Assembly: GCA_049968255.1 (NCBI GenBank) | Contig: JBMFRB010000001.1 | Span: 192,001 to 256,000, forward strand | Source: Candidatus Sumerlaeaceae bacterium | GTDB lineage: Bacteria; Sumerlaeota; Sumerlaeia; Sumerlaeales; Sumerlaeaceae | Reading direction: 5' to 3' | Length of the DNA: 64,000 nt | Shown: positions 29,877 to 37,154 of the stretch, in pieces | Numbering within the stretch: the stretch's first letter is position 1 | How the letters are laid out: each line of letters begins with the position of its first letter | The notes under the pieces: generated by a model | The model's input: the letters and a program-made list of their open reading frames with translations, nothing else | Told to the model about the DNA's origin: nothing | Database searches by the model: none | Translations under genes and position numbers: made by a program

Positions 29877-30033
29877 CAGAATCTGGGACGCCTGAAAAGA
29901 GAAGCGCCAAGACACAGAGCGTCAAGGGGGGCCAAGCTGGGTTTTTTAGACAAGAAATGCAGGGTGCATTGTCTAGGTTCTCTGCATCTTGGCGCGCAAA
30001 ATAATCGCGAAAATTCGCGCCGCAGTTTCAAGA

Positions 30034-30084
30034 GAAAAAAAATAAGAAAAAGCATCTCCGTACCGTAAGAGCACGGAGATGCTT
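30034..30084 (-). terminator. Rho-independent terminator of the riboswitch-controlled gene
   Basis: Perfect 12-bp stem AAGCATCTCCGT/ACGGAGATGCTT (30050-30084), 8 nt past the stop codon, followed on the minus strand by a long U-rich tract. Confidence 0.85.
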
Positions 30085-30092
30085 GAAATGAC

Positions 30093-31199
30093 CTAGTATA
30101 GGGCCCATTCATCAACCGCAGCGGGCGGAGTTGTCGGCTCGAGCCAGAGCAAATTTGTGGCGGCATTCCAGGAAGCGGTCCATCCGCCGACGTACAGACG
30201 TGCCCGCGGAGGCGCGGCGTTAGCTGCAAAGGTTCGAGTTGGTTCATCGAAGCGGCAACAGGAGAGATACGATGCATTGGTCGTCGCAAAAGTGGTCGGC
30301 GTTGCCGTGCCACTCAGTAGATTTGCCGGCAGGGCAAATTTGCGGATACTACCCGAGGATTCAGTGAAATACACATCATTTTCCGCCGACACACTGAGAT
30401 CGCTGAGGCCAGCTGCAAGTGAAGATTGGTCGACGAGAATGTGGCTTTCCCCCGGCTCAATCATCTCGTTCGAGTTCAAATTAACGAGCGCATAGATGCG
30501 TCCGGAAGAAGTGAAAGTGAAGAAATCGAAGAGACTTTCGCCCATGATGACATGACCTGCCGTGTCGAAAGCCATACCCCCATTGAATTGAAATCCCGAG
30601 AAGAATGCGCCGCCGCTGGGACGATAGGCAGGAGCACTCAAGGGATTCTCGACCACCAGCAACTCCGAACTGGTCTGGCCGTCGGCGGTTTGGACGACTA
30701 ACGATCCCGCCGGAATTGCTGCCGCGTTGCTGGGCGGAGCGATAACCACCTGAGCTCCGGTGAAGTCCCCCCCGTCCGCAAGGATTGGCGCAATGAGCTG
30801 TGTGACTTCGCCAGGATCGAGGAAATCGCCATCGGCGTTGGCATCCTGTGCCCGAAGAATAGTGTCGGACCCTGCGTTTTCAGTGATCGCAAGATCACCG
30901 TTAGCAAAAACGGCAATGCCGCCAATGGAGCTAAAACCTGTGGCAACAGTAGTGGTCGTTTGAGCAACTGTGTCGAGCAGCACAATTTGCTCGTTTCCAT
31001 AGGACCCCACAGCCACATAGAGTTTTGTTGGGTCTGACGGTGAGGCAGCGAGTGCACCGGCAAAGGGGGCACCGACCTCGATCGAACCGCTTGTGTAACC
31101 AGCCGGAACGCTCGAGAAGTTGATCTGGTCGGCCGCGCAAAGACTAACCAGGGAAAATGTAACGCCAGCTATCGCTGGCTTGAGCAGTTTGCTCCACAT
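30093..31199 (-). CDS. Secreted beta-propeller-like protein with C-terminal VDEWALY tail, under cobalamin riboswitch control
   Basis: Signal peptide MWSKLLKPAIAGVTFSLVSLCAA; blade-like repeats (GALAASPSDPTKLYVA, GGIAVFANGDLAITE, GGMAFDTAGHVIMGE, SDLSVSAENDVYFTE); DANADGDFLDPGE loop; ends PTTPPAAVDEWALY. Start placed at ATG 31199, not 31421. Confidence 0.75.
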   Translation of the reverse strand: MWSKLLKPAIAGVTFSLVSLCAADQINFSSVPAGYTSGSIEVGAPFAGALAASPSDPTKLYVAVGSYGNEQIVLLDTVAQTTTTVATGFSSIGGIAVFANGDLAITENAGSDTILRAQDANADGDFLDPGEVTQLIAPILADGGDFTGAQVVIAPPSNAAAIPAGSLVVQTADGQTSSELLVVENPLSAPAYRPSGGAFFSGFQFNGGMAFDTAGHVIMGESLFDFFTFTSSGRIYALVNLNSNEMIEPGESHILVDQSSLAAGLSDLSVSAENDVYFTESSGSIRKFALPANLLSGTATPTTFATTNASYLSCCRFDEPTRTFAANAAPPRARLYVGGWTASWNAATNLLWLEPTTPPAAVDEWALY

Positions 31200-31308
31200 A
31201 GCAATAACCCTTCCGTTTGAGATGTTTTTGGACCTGACACCGAGGTCCGATGTGTTGTGGGAGAGATTTCCCAATGCGGAGGACGCTGGACTAAGGCATG
31301 TGACGCTC

Positions 31309-31368
31309 TCAATCCTGCCAGTGAGACGCCTCGTTCGTCCGCAGCCGAACGAAGCCGCAAAGATGCAT
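31309..31368 (-). CDS. Putative 19-aa leader ORF (MHLCGFVRLRTNEASHWQD)
   Basis: ATG preceded at 7 nt by AAAGGAGGTG, located in the riboswitch expression platform. Confidence 0.35.
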   Translation of the reverse strand: MHLCGFVRLRTNEASHWQD

Positions 31369-31421
31369 GTTGCAACACCTCCTTTCCCTTGCGACCGAAG
31401 GGTGGATCGCTTTTTTCTCAT

Positions 31422-31595
31422 GGAGCAGGTCTTCTGACTCGCGGATCGACCTACTTTCCCACGCCTTCCCGGCCGAACATTCGTGCGATATTCATGACCA
31501 GTGGCTTGAGTGTGGGATTTCGTCCCCGCTCACAGCGGCGGGCCCGTACCGGATTTTCACCGGTTTCCCTCGCGGCCGAGCGATCTTACTGCTCC
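31422..31595 (-). promoter_or_regulatory. Cobalamin (B12) riboswitch
   Basis: The minus strand has, in order: GGAGCAG (P1), AGGGAA, ACCGGTGAAAATCCGGT, GCCCGCCGCTGTGA, GCCACTG, GGGAAGG and the B12 box AGTCAGAAGACCTGC, closing with CTGCTCC, which pairs with P1. Confidence 0.95.
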
Positions 31596-31788
31596 GCCGT
31601 CGCTCTTGCGCAGCGGATTGCGCAAAAGCTGCTCTCCATGATTCGCGCATAGCATGTGGGGCAGCTTCTGTAGCAGGCAAGTGTTTTTTCGCTTCCACCG
31701 GATCGACTGGACAATGTGAGTTTGGTATGTTTGAGTGAGCACGAACAGCCAAAAAAAACGGCAGCGGCTTTTGACGCGGGGAGAAATC

Positions 31789-32856
31789 ATGATTAAATTA
31801 GACTATCATCGCACGCCGAATTTTGAACGCCTTCGAAAAGTGCTCTTTTGCCAGGGCGAGCCCGATATGGTTCCCTTTATTGAGCTCGGAATTCATCCCA
31901 TGTTTAAGTCCAAGTTGCTTGGACGTCCGTGCACAACAGTCGCGGACGAGGTTGAATTCGCGAAGATAGCAGGTTACGATTATATCAAGTTACAGCCGAT
32001 CATCGACATGAATCCTGGCCGCATTTTTCCGGAAGGTGGCCCAAAAACGTTTCAAGTGAAGGAAGGGGCAGGCGAGCGGCGGTGGGCTGACGAGCATTCA
32101 GGGGTCATTGCCAATTGGGCTGAGTTCGAACGCTACGTCTGGCCAAAGCCGGAAGACGTCGATTATCGACGATTTGAAGAAGCCGAGGAATTGCTGCCCG
32201 CGGAGATGGGCGTGATTGGGCAATATGGCGACATCTTCACGCTCGTATGGGAGCTAATGGGGTTCGAAAACTTCGCCATTGCCCTCTACGAGGATCCCAC
32301 CCTCGTGGCTGCACTCTTCGAGAAAGTCGGTGCGATTGTCTATGACCTCTTCAAGAACATGGCCACGTTCGAGTGCGTGAAAGCGCTGTGGTTTACGGAC
32401 GACATCGCTTATGCAGGTGGCTTGATAATCGCACCTGAATCTTATCGACAGTTTCTGTTTCCGTGGATGAAACGCATCGGGGATCTTTGCAAGAAACGAG
32501 GGATTCCCTACCTTTATCACAGCGATGGGCTACTCTACGACGTCCTTGATGAGCTTTTGGCCCTGGGGATCAACGCTCTGCATCCCATTGAACCCAAATC
32601 TATGGACATTGTGGTCGTGAAGCAACGCGGGCATGGCAAGCTGGCGGTGCTGGGACACATTGAAGTGGACACGCTGGCGCGTGGTACTCCCGAGGAAGTC
32701 GAACAGCTCGTGCGCGACGCCATTCGGCGCGCAGCCCCCGGCGGCGGCTACGCGATCGGTTCGAGCAATTCTTTGCCGGAGTATTGCAAGTGGGAAAACT
32801 ACGTCACAATGCTCCAAGCCGCACACCGATGGGGACAGTATCCGATTAGCGTTTGA
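31789..32856 (+). CDS. Uroporphyrinogen decarboxylase / MtaA-CmuA superfamily protein
   Basis: GEPDMVPFIE, LMGFENFAIALYEDP, TDDIAY, YHSDG, LHPIEP, LGHIEV..L..GTPEEV...PGGGYAIGSSN. Start placed at ATG 31789. Confidence 0.85.
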   Translation: MIKLDYHRTPNFERLRKVLFCQGEPDMVPFIELGIHPMFKSKLLGRPCTTVADEVEFAKIAGYDYIKLQPIIDMNPGRIFPEGGPKTFQVKEGAGERRWADEHSGVIANWAEFERYVWPKPEDVDYRRFEEAEELLPAEMGVIGQYGDIFTLVWELMGFENFAIALYEDPTLVAALFEKVGAIVYDLFKNMATFECVKALWFTDDIAYAGGLIIAPESYRQFLFPWMKRIGDLCKKRGIPYLYHSDGLLYDVLDELLALGINALHPIEPKSMDIVVVKQRGHGKLAVLGHIEVDTLARGTPEEVEQLVRDAIRRAAPGGGYAIGSSNSLPEYCKWENYVTMLQAAHRWGQYPISV

Positions 32857-35212
32857 CGTCGCGCTCCCAGCGGGGGTCCACTTCTTGCCATTTGCCATCA
32901 GCCTTGGCTTGCTGAATCGTGCGCCAGACGCGCTCGGGTATGGCAGGAACGCGACGAATGGGGATCCCGATGGCGTCGTGAATGGCGCCTAGCACTGCAG
33001 GCGTGGCGCCAATAAGCGGCGGCTCGCCGACACCGTGGGCGCCAAAAGGTCCTGTTGGGTCTTGGTGCTCGACGATGACCGCTTCGATATTCGGCACATC
33101 GCGAACGCTGGGCAAAATGTAGTCGGTGAAACCTGCGTTGAGAATTCGGCCGTCGGTGCCATAAATCACTTCTTCCATTAACGCCATACCGATGCCTTGA
33201 GTCACACCGCCTTGAATCTGACCGACGACAAGCTCCGGATTGATAGCTTTGCCCACGTCGTGCGCAGCGATGTGACGTTCGATGCGTACCTCGCCTGTCT
33301 CTGTATCCACAAGCAGCTGGCAAATGTGCGATCCAAAAAGATAGGTGATGAAGGCACGCGGCGAAAGACCGTCCTCCTCACGCTCACGAACGGTTCGCGG
33401 CTTAAACAGAGCATGTGTTTCGAGCGACACGCCACGGCACCGCGCTTCGCGCAATAGTTCGTCAATACTCATGCGCTTCGATGGATCGCCAACTTTTGTC
33501 AGCAGACCATTGGCAATGTTGATCTCAAAAGGATGCACGCCAAAGTAGGTTTCCGCAACGTCGAGCAACCGCTCGCGCAGCTCATCACAGGCCAATTTCA
33601 CAGCGCTTCCTGTGAAGTAGGTCTGGCGTGTGGCGCTGGATGAGCCAGCTTCGGGCGTGAGATGCGTATCGGCGGCAAACACACGGACGCGCTCAGGCTC
33701 GAGGCCGAGCGCTTCGGCCGCGACCTGTACAACCATCGTGAGAAGCCCCTGACCAACCTCGACCGCACCTGTATAGACCTCGAGCTCATTGCGCTCGTTG
33801 AAGCGCACGCGAGCCCGCGATGCATCAGGGAACGCATCTCCGTAGCCAAGGCCGAAGCAAACCACGCTCACACCATAGCCGCGACGCAACCAGGGCGCAG
33901 GCGTGGCATAGGAGCGGCCTTCCCACACGCGCTGCGCCGCCCGCACGTCATCACCGACTGATGGATCTAGGGCCCGCGCGAACTGAAGCAGAGCCCGTTC
34001 CAGACACTCCCCTGCCGTGGCCTCGGTGATGATTTGGTTCGTGGTGATCGGTTCGCCGTGGGACAAGACGTTCCGGCGCCGAATCTCGATGCGATCCATT
34101 TGCAATTCTTGGGCGAGTCTGTCAAGCATGCCCTCATAGGCGATCGCCATTTGTGCGGCGCCGAATCCTCGCATGGCACCCGTGGGGTTGTTGTTCGTGT
34201 GAACGCCATAGACATCTGCCCAGATGTTTGGCACGCGATAAGGCCCTGTGCAGTGCGAGCTGGCTTTGCGCATCACGGCAATGCCTGTCGAGGCATACGC
34301 TCCTTCGTCGCTCCAAACCGTAACTTTTGCAGCCACAAGTCGGCCGTCACGCTTTGCACCCATCGTATAATGGATTCGCAGCGCATGACGCTTATGACGT
34401 GCCGCCATACTCTCGGCGCGGCTATAGCGCAGATAAACTTTTCGTCCGGGATGCTTCAGGGCTGCCAAACCGACAAAACACTGAATGGAGAGATCTTCGC
34501 GGCCACCGAATGCGCCGCCCGTTGCCGGCTGGATGATCCGGACCTTTTCGACGGGCAAGCCTAGGGCAAGAGCTACGAGCCGTCGTTCTTCGTGGACCCA
34601 CTGGCCACTCACCCAAATGGTAAGCATGTCGCCGTCGTACAGGGCGCAACCAGCTTCAAGGTCCAGAAAGGCATGGTCGACGGTTTGGGTTTCGATGGTG
34701 TCCTCAACAACGATGTCGCACTCTTCGCGTAGGGCGCGCTCAGCATCACCTTTACGGATACGCTTGCCGCCCATAAAGTTGCCATCTTCGTGAAGCTTCG
34801 GTGCGTCCGGGGAGAGCGCTTCTTCGAACGTGTGAATCGGCTTGAAAGGTTTGTACTCGACGCGGATCAGCCCTAATGCTTCCCGCGCAACGTCGTCCGT
34901 TTCGGCGACAACAATTGCTATGGGATCGCCCTTGTAACGTACTAGACCGTCGGCCAGCACTGGCTGATCGCGTCGGATGAGGCCGTGGCGATTCGTGCCG
35001 CCGACATCCTTGTGCGTGTAGACACCGAGCACTCCGGGCAGGGCAAGCGCAGCCGATGAGTCAATGGAAATGATCTGCGCAAACGCATGATCGGCGCGCA
35101 AAACTTTCACGTGGAGCATTCCCTTCTCGTAGAGGTCCCCGCCGTAGCGGATGGTGCCTGTGACTTTTTCCTCCGCGTCAATGCGTGTGATGGATTTGCC
35201 GACGACGCCCAT
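32846..35212 (-). CDS. Xanthine dehydrogenase family molybdopterin-binding (large) subunit
   Basis: RIDAEEKVTG..RYGGD, GGAFGGR, AMRGFGAAQ, EVGQG, SSATRQT, HDVGKAINP, GQIQGG, GVGEPP; AAGGAG SD before ATG 35212. Confidence 0.93.
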   Translation of the reverse strand: MGVVGKSITRIDAEEKVTGTIRYGGDLYEKGMLHVKVLRADHAFAQIISIDSSAALALPGVLGVYTHKDVGGTNRHGLIRRDQPVLADGLVRYKGDPIAIVVAETDDVAREALGLIRVEYKPFKPIHTFEEALSPDAPKLHEDGNFMGGKRIRKGDAERALREECDIVVEDTIETQTVDHAFLDLEAGCALYDGDMLTIWVSGQWVHEERRLVALALGLPVEKVRIIQPATGGAFGGREDLSIQCFVGLAALKHPGRKVYLRYSRAESMAARHKRHALRIHYTMGAKRDGRLVAAKVTVWSDEGAYASTGIAVMRKASSHCTGPYRVPNIWADVYGVHTNNNPTGAMRGFGAAQMAIAYEGMLDRLAQELQMDRIEIRRRNVLSHGEPITTNQIITEATAGECLERALLQFARALDPSVGDDVRAAQRVWEGRSYATPAPWLRRGYGVSVVCFGLGYGDAFPDASRARVRFNERNELEVYTGAVEVGQGLLTMVVQVAAEALGLEPERVRVFAADTHLTPEAGSSSATRQTYFTGSAVKLACDELRERLLDVAETYFGVHPFEINIANGLLTKVGDPSKRMSIDELLREARCRGVSLETHALFKPRTVREREEDGLSPRAFITYLFGSHICQLLVDTETGEVRIERHIAAHDVGKAINPELVVGQIQGGVTQGIGMALMEEVIYGTDGRILNAGFTDYILPSVRDVPNIEAVIVEHQDPTGPFGAHGVGEPPLIGATPAVLGAIHDAIGIPIRRVPAIPERVWRTIQQAKADGKWQEVDPRWERDVKR

Positions 35213-35342
35213 GGCCAACTCCTTTGTACGATTTGCCCCGATGCGAACTAGGGGATCATTTTCTTCGCTCTCTGGCCCCTAAACTTGCTAGTATGCCGTT
35301 GCGCATTGAGCGATGTCCACGAAATTTGAGCGACTCTGGCTG

Positions 35343-36134
35343 TTATGAGTTCTCTTCGATGCGGTGGTCCATCACTTTTGCCGGAGCTGGCACCGAAGTC
35401 TTGCCGACGACCCGGGCCGGCACACCAACGACCGTCGTATGCGGCGGCACGGGATGCAACACAACGCTGCCGCCACCGATTTTGGCTCCTTCGCCAATCT
35501 CAATGTTGCCGAGAATGATTGCGCCCGCACCAATGAGCACGCCGCGACGCACCTTGGGGTGACGGTCTCCCGTTTCCTTGCCCGTACCGCCCAAGGTGAC
35601 ACCGTGGAGCATCGAAACATCGTCCTCCACAACAGCCGTCTCGCCAATCACGATGCCTGTGGCATGATCCATAAGGATTCCTTTTCCGATGCGGGCTGCC
35701 GGATGGATGTCCACCCCAAAGATTTCCGAAATTCTACTTTGGAGTTGGAGGGCCAATGCCGTGCGCCCTTGTTGCCACAGATGATGCGCAATGCGGTAGG
35801 ATTGCAACGCGTGGTAGCCTTTGAAATAAAGGAAGGGAGTCGAGTAGCCACGGCACGCCGGGTCGCGGTCCTTCACTGCTTTGAGGTCTACGATACCTGC
35901 GTGTGCAAGTTCCGGATCGTCGCGATGGGCAGTGTAAATGACATCGCGAAGAGCAATAGCGTGGAGTGTGGGACTGGCAAGCTTGGAGGCAAGGTGGAAA
36001 CTCAGGGCCTCTTCGAAAGTTTTATGATTGAGAACGACAGCATGGAGAAAACTCGCCAGAATCGGCTCCCGTTCCGCATCCTCTTCGACTTCCTTGCGCA
36101 GGGCCGCCCAGATTTTCTTTTTCAGGTCAGACAT
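35343..36134 (-). CDS. cysE: Serine O-acetyltransferase
   Basis: RDPAC, FKGYHALQSYRIAH, DIHPAARIG, DHATGIVIGET, GGTGKETGDRHPK. Confidence 0.96.
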   Translation of the reverse strand: MSDLKKKIWAALRKEVEEDAEREPILASFLHAVVLNHKTFEEALSFHLASKLASPTLHAIALRDVIYTAHRDDPELAHAGIVDLKAVKDRDPACRGYSTPFLYFKGYHALQSYRIAHHLWQQGRTALALQLQSRISEIFGVDIHPAARIGKGILMDHATGIVIGETAVVEDDVSMLHGVTLGGTGKETGDRHPKVRRGVLIGAGAIILGNIEIGEGAKIGGGSVVLHPVPPHTTVVGVPARVVGKTSVPAPAKVMDHRIEENS

Positions 36135-36278
36135 CTCGTGCTCCTTTGTTTTTTCGGCGTGCTATCGAGAATTAGTACCACGATTTACCTATTTTCTCGT
36201 TTTCGAGATAAGCCCGCATAGTTCATTTTCTCGAGGGGAGAGAGTTGGCCTGCAGTGAACTTCGAAACGGTGTGCTTG

Positions 36279-37025
36279 TCAAAATCGGAAATTCCACGAT
36301 CGCTGGGCGTATTTTTTTTCGACGAGCTCGAGCACGAGCTCTGTCGGCACGGTTGTGATCGGTTCCGCTGCTTGCCACGCGGCAGCGATAAGCGACCTCA
36401 GCTCATCCGCCGTTGCGTCGAGATTGGCCAAGAAATCGATGTGGGGACGCTTTTTCCGGTAGTCAGGTTCCTTGGCGGGATGCTGCACATACCGTTCGAC
36501 CAGACGAAAATCGAAGCAATAGAGCAAAGTGCCATGGAAAAGGATGTGGCGTTTTTTACGCCTTTGTGCCGTGCCGGAAATTTTGCGACCTGCTAAGGCC
36601 AAGTCGCTTGTACCACGCCACTCAATTGCCGGCCAGCGGCTGCTGAGAGCTGCGCACAAGCGTTCGACCACATAGCGGTTTGTGCCTGTAATGTCGGCGC
36701 ACATCGGTCGGTGAGCTAGATCCAAGACGAGGGTATAGTTGAGGCATCCAGGCCCCTGAAGCACGGTCCCGCCACCGCTGTCGCGACGAAGGATTGGAAT
36801 GTTATCGCGAAGGCAGTTCGCCAGGTGGACGTCTTCGTTTACCTTTCCGCCAGCGCCGAGCACGACGAAATACGTGCGGCTTTCCCAGAATCTTAGGACT
36901 TCGCTCGCGCAAAGTGAATTTCGGCCAGAAGGCCCAGGGCAATGCGCCTCGGCGTGCAAGAGCAATGCTTCGTCGAGCGCAAGGTTTTCTTCAGGAGTAT
37001 CGAGCGATAGGTCAAGAAGCTTCAC
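36279..37025 (-). CDS. Lipoate-protein ligase family protein (single catalytic domain)
   Basis: NLALDEALL, LRFWE, RRDSGGGTV, RKISGTAQ, HGTLL; divergent from the PDH genes. Confidence 0.88.
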   Translation of the reverse strand: MKLLDLSLDTPEENLALDEALLLHAEAHCPGPSGRNSLCASEVLRFWESRTYFVVLGAGGKVNEDVHLANCLRDNIPILRRDSGGGTVLQGPGCLNYTLVLDLAHRPMCADITGTNRYVVERLCAALSSRWPAIEWRGTSDLALAGRKISGTAQRRKKRHILFHGTLLYCFDFRLVERYVQHPAKEPDYRKKRPHIDFLANLDATADELRSLIAAAWQAAEPITTVPTELVLELVEKKYAQRSWNFRF

Positions 37026-37154
37026 GAGACGAAATTTGGACCGCTCCAGTGATGATTGCCACCCAAAAGGCGTACTTCAAATTGTCTTGGCATCTACGGG
37101 CGTATTCCATCAAACATCAACTATCGTTGAGAACGAACTATTGCGGAGGCAAGA

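Noticed and set aside
31200-31421. 74-aa N-terminal extension of the 442-aa ORF in the track
   Set aside because: It overlaps the riboswitch expression platform and would bury the signal peptide; ATG 31199 is the better start.
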